Source: an uncultured Actinomycetes bacterium
GTDB taxonomy: Bacteria > Actinomycetota > Thermoleophilia > Solirubrobacterales > 70-9
Assembly: GCA_963829735.1 (NCBI GenBank)
Contig: CAWHJT010000001.1
Span: forward strand, 69,108-133,107
Direction of reading: 5' to 3'
Length of the DNA: 64,000 bases
Shown here: piece by piece, positions 20,706 to 30,181 of the stretch
Layout: every line of letters begins with the position of its first letter
How positions within the stretch are numbered: the first letter of the stretch is position 1
The notes under the pieces: generated by a model
What the model was told of the DNA's origin: nothing
Seen by the model: only the letters and a program-made list of their open reading frames with translations
Databases searched by the model: none
Position numbers and translations under genes: made by a program

Positions 20706-21494
20706 ATGAGGCGCCCGCGACTGCCGTTTAATGGCCCGTCCACCAGGATCGTGGGGCCCCTCGTCCTTGTCGCCGTGCTTTGTCTGGGCGCTGCTCGGAG
20801 CTACGGGGCACCCGGTGCGAACCAGAGGGTCCTGATCAAGGGCACTGCTTACTCATTCGACAACCAGGCCCCGATCGCCGGGGCGACGATCCAGGCTCGC
20901 GGCGCTCCCGGCGCGGTCGCGACTAGCGACTCCCGTGGCCACTACCGGCTCGATGTCCCGGCCGGGCGCAAGGTGACCCCATTCGTCGAGGCCGAGGGTT
21001 ACCACGGCATCTTTCTGCAGACGTTCACCACCCACCGGCGCACGCTGCGGAAGGTGAATTTCCAGATCCCGAGCGAGGCCACCTACTTCGCTCTCGCCGC
21101 GCTTCTGCACGTCAAGCTCGATTCCAACGGCGATCTTCGGCGCTGCGCGATCGTCTCCACTGTCAGCACCAAGGCGATCCGCGACCTGACCTTCCTGCAG
21201 TTCGTCGCCTACGGTGCCCACGGCGTCCCCGGCGCCACGGCGGCCACGAGCCCGACGCTGCCGGGTCCGGTCTACTTCAACGACAACGTGATCCCCGACC
21301 CGTCGCTCACCGAGACGTCGACGGACGGCGGCGTCATCTGGACGGAGGTCCCCCGCGGCACCTACAGGGTCGGCGCCCGGCATCCGAGCAAGCGCTTCGC
21401 AAGCTTCGTGGCAACGTGCCGGAAGGGGCGCGTGGTCAATGCCAACCCGCCGTGGGGCCTTCATCAGCTGGCGAGTGGCGTCAGGCGGGGATGA
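20706..21494 (+). CDS. secreted protein with carboxypeptidase-regulatory-like domain
   Basis: 262 aa. Signal peptide (VGPLVLVAVLCLGAARSYGA), then IKGTAYSFDNQAPIAGATIQARG...SDSRGHYRLDVPAG. Confidence 0.65.
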   Translation: MRRPRLPFNGPSTRIVGPLVLVAVLCLGAARSYGAPGANQRVLIKGTAYSFDNQAPIAGATIQARGAPGAVATSDSRGHYRLDVPAGRKVTPFVEAEGYHGIFLQTFTTHRRTLRKVNFQIPSEATYFALAALLHVKLDSNGDLRRCAIVSTVSTKAIRDLTFLQFVAYGAHGVPGATAATSPTLPGPVYFNDNVIPDPSLTETSTDGGVIWTEVPRGTYRVGARHPSKRFASFVATCRKGRVVNANPPWGLHQLASGVRRG

Positions 21495-21511
21495 TGGCGT
21501 AGCCTGGCCTC

Positions 21512-22318
21512 GTGCCGCTTCCCGAGCCCGCCGACTCCTCGACCGCACTGATCACCGGCGCATCGGCCGGGATCGGGGAGGCGACCGCGCGGGAGCTCGC
21601 GGCGCGCGGACTCGGGGTCACACTGGTCGCGAGGCGCGAGGATCGCCTGCGTTCGCTCGCAGGGGAGCTCTCGGAGCGCTTCGGCGTCCGCGCCGAGGCG
21701 ATCGGCGCGGATCTCGGTAGCAGCACCGCTCGCGCCGACCTGGTGCGTCGCATCGACGAGCTCGGGCTGGAGGTCGAGATTCTCGTGAACAACGCGGGCT
21801 TCGGCGGCGGCGAGGACTTCGTGGAGACCGACCGGGAGCTTCTGACGTCGATGGTCGAGCTGAACTGCCTCGCGCTGCTCGACCTCCAGGCGGCCTACTT
21901 GCCGCGAATGCTCGAACGGGGCCGGGGCGCGGTGATCAACATCGCATCGACGGCCGCGTTTCAGCCGCTCCCCGGCTCGGCGACCTACGCTGCGACGAAG
22001 GCGTTCGTGCTCAGCCTGAGCGAGGCGGTGCACGAGGAGCTCAAGGGGACGGGAGTGACACTCACGGCCGTCTGTCCCGGGCCGGTGAAGACGGAGTTCA
22101 TGGACGCCGCGGGCCTGACCGGGGCCGAGGAGCAGCTGCCAGGGATGTTCTGGATGTCCGCCGAGTCGGTCGCCAAGGCAGCGGTGGAGGCCGCCGAGGA
22201 GGGCAAGCGGGCGATCGTTCCCGGGCTCATCAACCGCGCCGGAGCGATCACGGGCCAGCACGCTCCGCGCATGCTGGCGTTGCCGATCGCCAAGCGCGTG
22301 TGGCGCCGCGCGCTCTAG
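21512..22318 (+). CDS. SDR-family oxidoreductase
   Basis: 268 aa. ITGASAGIGEATARELAARG (TGxxxGxG), NNAG, YAATKAFV (YxxxK). Confidence 0.9.
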   Translation: MPLPEPADSSTALITGASAGIGEATARELAARGLGVTLVARREDRLRSLAGELSERFGVRAEAIGADLGSSTARADLVRRIDELGLEVEILVNNAGFGGGEDFVETDRELLTSMVELNCLALLDLQAAYLPRMLERGRGAVINIASTAAFQPLPGSATYAATKAFVLSLSEAVHEELKGTGVTLTAVCPGPVKTEFMDAAGLTGAEEQLPGMFWMSAESVAKAAVEAAEEGKRAIVPGLINRAGAITGQHAPRMLALPIAKRVWRRAL

Positions 22319-22948
22319 AGGTGCCCGCCGCAGCACAGCCCTGGGCGATCAGCGGCACCTACCTGGAGTCCTGCAACTGCGACCCGATCTGCCCCTGCCG
22401 GACCGTCGGCGGCCGCAAGGGCGGTCGCTCCACCCACGGCGTCTGCATGGGCGCGCTGTCGTGGGAGATCGAGGACGGGGGAGCCGAGGGCGTCTCGCTG
22501 GCCGGCCTCCGCACCGTCCTGGCGCTGAGGTACGACGACGACGAGCCCGGCTCGCCCTGGGACTACGTGCTCTTCGTCGATGATCGGGCCGACCCCGAAC
22601 AGCGCCGCCTGCTCGAGGCGATCTTCTTGGGTGAGCTCGGCGGCACGCCCGAGCGGCAGTTCCCGTGGGTCTTCAAGCCGGGCCGCCTGATCGGTACGCG
22701 AGTGGCGCCGATCGAGATCCACCATGCACAGGAGCGCGGCTGGTTCCGGGCGGGGAAGGAGGTCACGGTGCAGGTCGGCCGAGCCGGTCACCGACCAGGA
22801 GCCGGTCACGTGTGTGATCCCCGGGCACCACCGTCCGGGGCACGAGCTCCACGCGGACTCGATCGAGGTGCACGCCAACCCGCTCGACTTCGGGTTCGAG
22901 GAGGTCTGTGCCTACTGGTCGACCTTCTCGTACTCGTCCGAGGACTGA
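22300..22948 (+). CDS. DUF1326-like protein, frameshifted
   Basis: AISGTYLESCNCDPICPCRT... is in ORF 22300..23553 and joins near ~22790 to ORF 22724..22948 (PVTCVIPGHHRPGHELHADSIEVH...SSED). The start may be GTG 22321. Confidence 0.65.
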
Positions 22949-23550
22949 GATGCCACGGCGACGAGCACCCCGCCGCTTCCGGCATGGTCCGCGATGAGCT
23001 CCATCGGGATCGAGACCACCAGGACGAGCGGCGTCGCCAGCACCGTCACCAGGGTGTCCATGCCGTACTTGAGCCGCTCGGCAAAGCCGTGGGGATGCAG
23101 CACTCCCTCCCGGAGCTTCAGCGCGAAGTTCTCGTTGAACGTGAACGCGTTGACGATCGTCTGCCACATCCAGACCAGCGCGCGCCGCCGCCGCGGCGAC
23201 CGCAGCCCGACTATCTCGAGGCCCGCCTTCTCCGCCAGCAGCCGGAGCGCTTCGGGCGTCGGGTAGAGCCCGCGGCCGGGCTCCAGCGCCGCCCAATTCT
23301 GCCCTCCGAGCCGCGCCGCGATGCTGTCGCGGTTCGCCACCTCGAGCTCCAGCCGGCCGTCCGCCAGCCGGCGCGCCTGGGCGAGCAGCTCATGCGAGAT
23401 GTCGTCCGCCGTCAGGCCGGCGGCGAGGCCCAGGCGGCAGTTCTCGCAGCGCTCGAGCAGTGCGGGCCCGGCCGGCGTGTCCAGTTCGAGCCAGCCGTAG
23501 AGCGGCTGCCCGCAGGCCGGGCACTCCTTGCTGCTCTCGGGCGACTCCAC
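22912..23550 (-). CDS. hypothetical protein with N-terminal zinc-ribbon and C-terminal TM segment
   Basis: 212 aa. CPACGQPLYGW...CENCRLG, then a TM segment LVTVLATPLVLVVSIPMELI. No SAM-binding motif seen. Confidence 0.55.
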   Translation of the reverse strand: MESPESSKECPACGQPLYGWLELDTPAGPALLERCENCRLGLAAGLTADDISHELLAQARRLADGRLELEVANRDSIAARLGGQNWAALEPGRGLYPTPEALRLLAEKAGLEIVGLRSPRRRRALVWMWQTIVNAFTFNENFALKLREGVLHPHGFAERLKYGMDTLVTVLATPLVLVVSIPMELIADHAGSGGVLVAVASQSSDEYEKVDQ

Positions 23551-24662
23551 TAGCCCGAGCCCGATGGCGCCTCGTAGGAGACCCCGGCCGACCGGAGCGA
23601 GTCGAGGAAGTCGGCTGGTTCGAATGCCTGCGATGGGGCCAGCGCCCCGCGCCGGTCATATCCCTCGGCAGCGCAGCGAAGCGCGCCCTCCACGGTCGTG
23701 CGGGCCGTCAACCCGTACGGGTCCGATCCGCTCACCGTCCCCCGCGTTCGCTCGGCGCCGCGGCGCGACTCGCAGACGATCACGAACCGGCTCTTGCGGC
23801 GGCTCTCCGTGCTGGGTCCCTCGGGCATCCGGGGGATCAGCGCCTCCAGGCCGCGGCGGATCGGGGTGCGGAGAGCCAGCTGGAAGGGGACCATGGCGAG
23901 GGGCGCCAGCGGGCCGGGAAGGGGGACGGCCGTCGACGCGCTGAGCCGCGTCGTCACCTGCGGAGTGTCCACGTGCTTGGGAACCGTGATGTGCTCGCCC
24001 GCCGGATAGCGCACCATCCGCTGGACACCGATCTCCCCGCCGAAGTCCCAGGTGCCCCGGCCGACCTTCTGCGATGCCTCGCGGAGCTGGCCACCGCTCC
24101 ACTCGACGTCGCCTCCGGACATGATTCCCAGGGCCGACAGCGCGGTCCCCCGGGTCGGCCCGAACCCCTTCACCCAGTAGGCGAGCACCACCTCGTCCAC
24201 GGGGCCGGCGCCGGCGGTCAGGGAGGCGATCAGGTCGCCCGGCACGTAGTCGAACCCCATCGCGGTAACGAGCGCGGCTCCCGCCCGCTTGGCCGGCTCG
24301 CCGTAGCGCTCGAAGACGGTGCGCATGAAGGGCTGTTCGCCCGTCGTATCGATGTAGTGCGTGCCGGTATCAGTCGCCGCCGCCAGCACCGGCTCGCCGT
24401 GCCGGACGAACGGCCCCGCGCACGAGATCACCGCCGCGCAGGGCTCCAGCAGCTCGCGGAGGCTGGCCGGATCGTCGAGCCGCGCCACCTTGGTCTCCCC
24501 GCCCCCGACCTCCTCGGCGAGGATCTCGAGCTTCGCCGGATTGCGCCCGGACAGCACGAACCCCGCCCCTCGGCGCCGGAGCTCGGCAGCCACCAGGCGG
24601 CCGGTGAAGCCGGTCGCCCCGTAGACGGCAATCGGCCCGGCCTGTGCCGGTTCGTCGGGCAT
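23550..24662 (-). CDS. saccharopine dehydrogenase-like NAD(P)-binding protein
   Basis: Start taken at MPDEPAQAGPIAVYGATGFTGRLVAAEL (Rossmann GATGFTG). The ORF track extends to 24938, but that part looks non-coding. Confidence 0.8.
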   Translation of the reverse strand: MPDEPAQAGPIAVYGATGFTGRLVAAELRRRGAGFVLSGRNPAKLEILAEEVGGGETKVARLDDPASLRELLEPCAAVISCAGPFVRHGEPVLAAATDTGTHYIDTTGEQPFMRTVFERYGEPAKRAGAALVTAMGFDYVPGDLIASLTAGAGPVDEVVLAYWVKGFGPTRGTALSALGIMSGGDVEWSGGQLREASQKVGRGTWDFGGEIGVQRMVRYPAGEHITVPKHVDTPQVTTRLSASTAVPLPGPLAPLAMVPFQLALRTPIRRGLEALIPRMPEGPSTESRRKSRFVIVCESRRGAERTRGTVSGSDPYGLTARTTVEGALRCAAEGYDRRGALAPSQAFEPADFLDSLRSAGVSYEAPSGSG

Positions 24663-24725
24663 GGGACCGGATGCTATGGGGCGAGCAGCCGGCGAGCCCC
24701 CCTTGGCGCCGTTACCGTACGGGCG

Positions 24726-25172
24726 ATGCAGCTCCGCGACATCATGACCAGCGCCGTGGTCACGGCGGGCCTGGAGGACGACATCCTCCACATCGCCCGC
24801 CTGATGCGCGACCACGGCGTCGGATCGGTGGTCCTGTGCGATCCGCAGGGGGACCCGGTCGCGATGGTCACCGACCGGGACATCGCCGTTCGCGTCATCG
24901 CCGAGAGCCGTCCGGCCTCCGAGCCCGCGCGCGTCCATGCGTCACGGCCGCTCATCACGGGCGAGCCGGACATGGACCTCGAGGAGGCCGCCGCCCGCAT
25001 GGTCCAGCACCGCATACGGCGGCTGCCGGTCGTCGGCCCCGGCGGGCTGTCGGGAATCGTCACACTGGACGACATCGCCGTCCGGACCGGAGACCTCGAG
25101 GTCGCCCAGCGGATGACGCACGACGTCATCGAGGGCGCCCTGCCCGAGTTCTTCTTCCACGAGCGCGGATAG
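24726..25172 (+). CDS. CBS-pair domain protein
   Basis: These are the last 148 aa of ORF 23460..25172 (MQLRDIMTSAVVTAG...RLPVVGPGGLSGIVTLDDI). The upstream part of that ORF is antisense to the previous gene. Confidence 0.8.
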   Translation: MQLRDIMTSAVVTAGLEDDILHIARLMRDHGVGSVVLCDPQGDPVAMVTDRDIAVRVIAESRPASEPARVHASRPLITGEPDMDLEEAAARMVQHRIRRLPVVGPGGLSGIVTLDDIAVRTGDLEVAQRMTHDVIEGALPEFFFHERG

Positions 25173-25173
25173 T

Positions 25174-25392
25174 GTGTCGAGGATGCCGCCGACTCCATCG
25201 CAGCGAATCTGGCAGAACCGCTTCGAGGCCGTTATCGGGCTGGCCGCCCCGGTCTTCGACCTGTTGCTCAACGCAGGCGATCGCGCCTCGCGGCTCCTCA
25301 CCTCGGATGACGCCGACTACTACCCGATCCGTTCTGCGGCGGAGGCATTCGAGCTCGACAAGGCCCGCAAGCGCCAGGCGTCTGTCGACTGA
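25174..25392 (+). CDS. hypothetical small protein
   Basis: 72-aa ORF with strong GC3, starting 2 nt after the CBS stop. Confidence 0.5.
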   Translation: MSRMPPTPSQRIWQNRFEAVIGLAAPVFDLLLNAGDRASRLLTSDDADYYPIRSAAEAFELDKARKRQASVD

Positions 25393-25425
25393 GCGCGAGC
25401 GACCGCCCGTAAGATAGGCGCCTTC

Positions 25426-26495
25426 GTGGGCCGCGAGCGGATTATCGAGCGCGAGCGTCGCTGGGCGGTCCCGGCGGCGGTCTTTGCGCTGGTTCCGCTC
25501 CTCCTCTACATCGTCTCGATCTTCGTCGTGGGCCAGGCCCACCTCGCCGGCGGATCGAGCGAGGCCGATCAGCTCACCTCGCTTCACGAGCACTCGGGGA
25601 CGGTGCTGATCTCGTCGGTGATCCGGGGCATCGGCTTTCTGCTGCTGCCGATCCCCTTCCTTTACCTGTTCCGCGCCGCCCAGGTGCGCAGTCCGCGCGT
25701 GCAGGCCGCGATGGTCGGCTTCGTGTTCATCGGGCCGATCCTGTTCGGCGCCCAGGGGATCGTGCAGGCGATCGGCGCCGGCAATGCGGCCTCGGACTTC
25801 GTGAGCCGGCCGCCCGAGCAGTCGTTCACGTACGCCAAGTACCAAACCGAGGTCAAGCAGCACCCGGACGCGATATCGCAAGGTGACGATCTACACCGGT
25901 GCCGACAAGCTCGAGGTCGAGCAGAGCGACGGCAGCTTCTACCAGGTCAGGACGTTTCCCGAGCGCGGACCAGGGCAAGATCACCAGCGCCCTCAACGCC
26001 GCGAGCATCGACAACGAGACGGACACCGACACGGGAACCGGGCCACCGGACGCCGAGGCGAACAAGGCCACCAGCGACAACGGCACGCTTCAGGCCTCCC
26101 AGGGCCTGCTGCTGCCCGCCGTCCTCGGCCTGGTGGTGATGATGGTCTACGTCCCGCTGCAGGCGCTGCGCTGCGGCCTCGTCACCAGGTTCCTCGGGAG
26201 CCTGGGGATGGCCCTCGGCGCCTCCATGATCCTGATCCTGCCGATCGCCGTGCTCGCGATGCTCGCGTGGACCGGGTTCCTCGGCCTGACCTTCGTGGGA
26301 AGGGTGCCGGGCGGGCGACCACCCGCCTGGGACGCCGGGAAGGCCATTCCCTGGCCGCGGCCCGGCGAACAGGTCATCGAGGAGGGGGATGACGCGATCG
26401 AGGGCGAGGCGACCGAGGTGGGCGACGACGGCTCCGGCGACTCAGGGTCCAAGGCGGCCTCGCCGCAGAAGCGAAAGCGCAAGCGCCGGGACTAA
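25426..26495 (+). CDS. multi-TM membrane protein (hypothetical), frameshifted
   Basis: ORF 25426..26139 supplies the N-terminal TMs. There is then a short piece in ORF 25883 (VTIYTGADKLEVEQSDGSFYQVRTFPE), followed by ORF 25899..26495 (C-terminal TMs and a KRKRKRRD tail). Two frame changes lie near 25880-25960. Confidence 0.55.
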
Positions 26496-26588
26496 GACCG
26501 CGCGAGCGGCAGCTCTTCCACCGTAGGGGTGGATCAGCTGCCGCTCGCGCGCCGCCGCCCGGGCAACGCGGATCAGGAATCAGTCCAT

Positions 26589-27410
26589 CTAGAAGACGCG
26601 GAAGCGCTCGCGCACGGCCGGTAGGCGCATCACGAGGCCAATTGCGACCAGGAGCCCGCCGAGGATCCCGAGGGGCAGGACGCCGAAGCCGGTCAGCGGA
26701 AGCGTGCTCGTCGATCCCGGGTTGATGAAGCCGGTGCCCGTCCCCGTGTTGCCGCCGGAGTTGTCGCCGTTCGACGATGCCCCGGTGCCGCCGTTGCCAT
26801 TGCCCCTGGTTCCGCCGTTGCTGCCGCCCGAGCCGCCACCGCCACCGCTCGACTTGGTCACCTTCACGGATCCCTTCATGAACGGGTGGATGGCGCAGTC
26901 GTACTTGAAGGTGCCCGCGTGCTTGAACTTGAACGTGTAGCCATCGCCCTTCTTCAGGGTTCCCGAGTCGAGGCCGCCGTCGCCGGTGACGGTGTGGCCC
27001 TCGGAGGCGGGCGACTTGTTGTCCCACCGCACCTTGTCACCCACGCTGATCGTGATCGACTTCGGCGAGAAGGCGAACTGCGAGGACTTCTTGCCGACGA
27101 TGTCGACCCGGCTCTTTCCCTTGGCGGCGCTTCGGTGGCCGGTTGGGTCGCCGGCGGTTCCGGCCACGCCGGTCACCCCCGTGACGCCGGTGACGCCGGT
27201 GGCCCCCGTCACGCCGGTGGCACCCGTCACGCCGGTGGCCCCCGTGGCACCGGTGGCACCCGTGACCCCGGTCGCGCCGGTGGCGCCGGTCGCGCCGCTC
27301 ACCTCGGTGGGCGGGGGCGCCTTTACGCCGCCCCCTGCCGCCAGTGCGGCGGGCGCTGCGACGAGAATCCCTCCTGCCGCAACGACGAGCACGGCCCTGC
27401 GTGCCCTCAT
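26589..27410 (-). CDS. cell-wall-sorted (LPxTG) cupredoxin with collagen-like G-x-T stalk
   Basis: Start taken at [14 protein letters not shown] (signal peptide). The protein has 16 G-A/V-T triplets, a type-1 Cu domain (...EGHTVTG...[19 protein letters not shown]), a Gly/Asn-rich linker, LPLTG, a TM segment and a basic tail [12 protein letters not shown]. Confidence 0.8.
   Translation of the reverse strand: MRARRAVLVVAAGGILVAAPAALAAGGGVKAPPPTEVSGATGATGATGVTGATGATGATGVTGATGVTGATGVTGVTGVTGVAGTAGDPTGHRSAAKGKSRVDIVGKKSSQFAFSPKSITISVGDKVRWDNKSPASEGHTVTGDGGLDSGTLKKGDGYTFKFKHAGTFKYDCAIHPFMKGSVKVTKSSGGGGGSGGSNGGTRGNGNGGTGASSNGDNSGGNTGTGTGFINPGSTSTLPLTGFGVLPLGILGGLLVAIGLVMRLPAVRERFRVF
27150..27296 (-). 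repeat. coding 9-bp tandem repeat (GxT collagen-like triplets)
   Basis: Corresponds to aa 51-99 of ORF 26589..27446: [49 protein letters not shown]. Confidence 0.9.
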
Positions 27411-27417
27411 GGGTAAG

Positions 27418-27446
27418 ACCCTAGTTGACCGGTCCCCGTTTACCAA
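27418..27446 (-). promoter_or_regulatory. candidate promoter for the cupredoxin gene (leaderless-type)
   Basis: The minus strand reads TTGGTA-17 nt-TAGGGT-cttaccc-ATG(27410). The -10 hexamer lies only 7 nt from the start codon. Confidence 0.3.
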
Positions 27447-27479
27447 GTGATCGGCATACGGCTTGCAGGCCGGTCGAGT

Positions 27480-29075
27480 TCAACCCTGCGCGGCTGCCAC
27501 TTGCTTTCGGTGCGTTCGGATCTCGCTCAGGATGCGCTCCAGGCGGGGCTCGCGCGAGGAGTCCACGTGGGTCATCGCGGCGGCGATCGCGGGATGTACG
27601 GCAGCGATGCGCTCGTACATCGCCTGGGCGACCGCGCGGTAGGTCGGGTGTCCCTCGCGGCCCGACCGCAGCTCGATCAGGTGCATCGCCTCGCGCGCGT
27701 TCAGGTCGAGCACGTACCGGAGGCGATAGCCCAGGCAGAGCGCGTACGGCGCGGCGTCGTGGAGCCCGGCCGCGGCCAGCCGGTCGAACTCGGCGTGCGA
27801 CAGCTCGAGCGCACGCTCGTACTCGTCTCCCACGCCGGCCTCGCGAACCTCCTCGGGGACGCCGGCGCCGAGGTGCGGCCCCAGCCGCTGCCACTGGCAC
27901 GTGAGCATCCGGTGGCGCTGGAGGTCACGGAAGCCGCCGTAGTCGGAGACGATCTCGAACCGGTAGCGGACGGCCTCCCACCCGCGGCCCGGCCGGTGGC
28001 GGCGATTGGCCCGCTCGCCGGCGAGCTCGGTGATCAGCTCCGCGCGCTCGAGCGGGTCGAGCGCCTCGATGCGGCGCTGGACATCGCCCTCGCCGACCGC
28101 GGCGGACTCGAAGAGCGATGCGGAGAGCAGATCGTCCTCATCACCCTCCACGGCGATCAGGTCGACTGACGGCGCGTCGCTCTCTGCCGGGCGGTCCAAC
28201 CCGAGACGGGCGACCGCCTTCTCGGTGGCGTCGCGGCGCGCGCGCAGGTACTCGATCCACTCGCCCCCGCGATCGGGCCGCTTGACCCGCGCCACGAAGC
28301 TGGGAATGACCTGCTCGAGCTCGGCGAGGATCATCTCCCCGTAGGAGCGGGCCTCGGGCAGAGGAGACGCCATGAGCCGCAGCAGGAGCTGCTCGTATGC
28401 CTGGCCCGAGGCGAAGATGCCGACGTGACTGAGCGTGGAGGCCGGGAGCAGGCCGCGCAGCAGGTCCAGGGCCTTGGCGCGGATCGAGCGGCGCCATGCC
28501 GCCTCGGGCTCGTCGCCCCGAGGCCAGCGCTCCTCGGCCCAGACGCCGACGGCCTTGAGGCTTCGCGAGTAGATGCCGAACAGCTCGTCCATCGCTGCGG
28601 CGTAGGGCTCGCCGAGCTCCGAGTCGCGGTAATAGCGGTAGCCGCCGCCGATCTCGTCGGGCATCGGCTGGTCGTAGGGGATGTAGCGGGTTGACTGCTC
28701 CAGGTAGGCGGCCAGGCGCCCGCGCTGGAGCACCTTGGTCAGGACGTTTGAGACCCACTCGCACGCGAGGTGCGCGCCACCGACCTGGGCGATGGAGTCG
28801 TCGCCGTAGCCCATGAACACGCGCTCGTACAGGCCCGCGGCGCGCTCGCCCTCGACGCCGTCGAACGGCCGCTCCCCGGCGGGGACGTCACCCGCGAACT
28901 CGTCACAGAACAGCCGCCGCAGCGTCCCCGGGTAGCGGGAATAGCGCGCGAACAGGGCTCCCTTGACCGTCTCCGGCAGGTTGACGAGGCAGAAGACTGG
29001 GCGATCGAGGTTCGTGAAGTGGGGGCGGAGGACCGCCTCCTCCTCGGGGGTGAACTTCTCGACCGGATAGCGCAA
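27480..29075 (-). CDS. double-length ThyX (Thy1)-like flavoprotein
   Basis: Intact 531 aa. The C-terminal half carries YGGFRDLQRHRM (ThyX RHR motif). The N-terminal half looks like a degenerate second repeat (GALFARYSRYPGTLRRLF). Confidence 0.75.
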   Translation of the reverse strand: MRYPVEKFTPEEEAVLRPHFTNLDRPVFCLVNLPETVKGALFARYSRYPGTLRRLFCDEFAGDVPAGERPFDGVEGERAAGLYERVFMGYGDDSIAQVGGAHLACEWVSNVLTKVLQRGRLAAYLEQSTRYIPYDQPMPDEIGGGYRYYRDSELGEPYAAAMDELFGIYSRSLKAVGVWAEERWPRGDEPEAAWRRSIRAKALDLLRGLLPASTLSHVGIFASGQAYEQLLLRLMASPLPEARSYGEMILAELEQVIPSFVARVKRPDRGGEWIEYLRARRDATEKAVARLGLDRPAESDAPSVDLIAVEGDEDDLLSASLFESAAVGEGDVQRRIEALDPLERAELITELAGERANRRHRPGRGWEAVRYRFEIVSDYGGFRDLQRHRMLTCQWQRLGPHLGAGVPEEVREAGVGDEYERALELSHAEFDRLAAAGLHDAAPYALCLGYRLRYVLDLNAREAMHLIELRSGREGHPTYRAVAQAMYERIAAVHPAIAAAMTHVDSSREPRLERILSEIRTHRKQVAAAQG

Positions 29076-29119
29076 GGTCGCCTGATCGTAGTTGCGCCCG
29101 CGGCGGTTGCGCCGCCCAG

Positions 29120-30127
29120 CTAGGGGGCGGTGGGCTCCTCACCGACGCGCTCGGCCGGTGCGGCCCGAGCGCCGTCCTGGGCGGCGCGCGAGACCAGCTC
29201 GGGCAGCACGTCCTCGCGGCCGTAATGGCCGACGACGTCGAACCAGCGCTTGGCATGCAGCCCGGCTCGCAGGTCGCAGTCGGCGACGACCACGCCCTCC
29301 TCGCCGTAGAGCGGCCCCGCTACCACCTCGCCGCCCGGCTCGACGATCGCCGCTCCCCCTCTGCCGAAGATCCCCTTGCCCTCGGGCAGCGGCACCGGGA
29401 ACTCGTCGGGGAAGGCATCGGCGGGGATGAACTGCGGGGCCGAGACGACGAAGGCGCCCGACTCCAGTGCGATGTGGCGCATGCTCGCGAGCCAGCCGTC
29501 GGTGTCGTCGGCGGTCGGAGCGAGCCAGATCTGCGGGCCGCCCCGGTACACCGCGTAGCGGGCGAGGGGCATCATGTTCTCCCAGCAGATGAGCCCGCCG
29601 ATGCGCCCCGCGGCGGTGTCTGTGACCCGCAGGTCGTCCCCTGCGCCGACGCCGTGGAAGAGGCGCTCGTGCATCGTCGGCATCAGCTTGCGGTGCTTGG
29701 AGAGAAGGCCCTGCGGGCCGAAGAGCAGCAGGGCGTTGTAGAGCGAGCCGGGCCGCTCGGACTCGCGCTCGTTGACCCCGATGGCGCAATGGATGTCGAG
29801 CTCGGCGCAGGCCGCGGAGATTCGGTCCGTGTGCGGGCCCGGAACGTCTACCGAGTTGGCCCAGAGCCGCTCCCAGAGCTCGTCCCAGCCCTCGAACGAG
29901 GCCGCGTCGTGTGCCCACGCGCCGGACTCATAAAGCGGGACGAACAGCTCAGGGAAAACCGCAAGTTGCACACCGTCCTTAGCGGCCTCCTCCAGTAGGC
30001 GGATGGCCTTGTCGACGCTGGCCTCGGCATCGAGGATCACCGGCGTGGACTGAATCGCGGCCACTCGCACCGTCGGAAAGCTCACGCGCCGAGGATACGC
30101 CGCCCCTGGCGCCGGGACCAAACTCAC
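29120..30127 (-). CDS. nitrilase / carbon-nitrogen hydrolase family protein
   Basis: 335 aa. VAAIQSTPVILD...LAVFPELFVP (Glu) and GGLICWENMMPLARY (Cys) catalytic motifs. Confidence 0.85.
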   Translation of the reverse strand: MSLVPAPGAAYPRRVSFPTVRVAAIQSTPVILDAEASVDKAIRLLEEAAKDGVQLAVFPELFVPLYESGAWAHDAASFEGWDELWERLWANSVDVPGPHTDRISAACAELDIHCAIGVNERESERPGSLYNALLLFGPQGLLSKHRKLMPTMHERLFHGVGAGDDLRVTDTAAGRIGGLICWENMMPLARYAVYRGGPQIWLAPTADDTDGWLASMRHIALESGAFVVSAPQFIPADAFPDEFPVPLPEGKGIFGRGGAAIVEPGGEVVAGPLYGEEGVVVADCDLRAGLHAKRWFDVVGHYGREDVLPELVSRAAQDGARAAPAERVGEEPTAP

Positions 30128-30181
30128 CGCCGACGTCCGTAACGTTCTGCCCGCCGGATGCGCCCCGTCCGAATTGGGCGG

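Noticed and set aside
23460-25172. A 570-aa plus-strand ORF.
   Set aside because: Only the last 148 aa (the CBS pair) are coding. The remainder is antisense to the saccharopine dehydrogenase-like gene and to the zinc-ribbon protein.
27150-27296. Short tandem repeats that could suggest a CRISPR or VNTR array.
   Set aside because: The 9-bp units are contiguous with no spacers. They sit in frame inside an ORF and encode G-x-T triplets.
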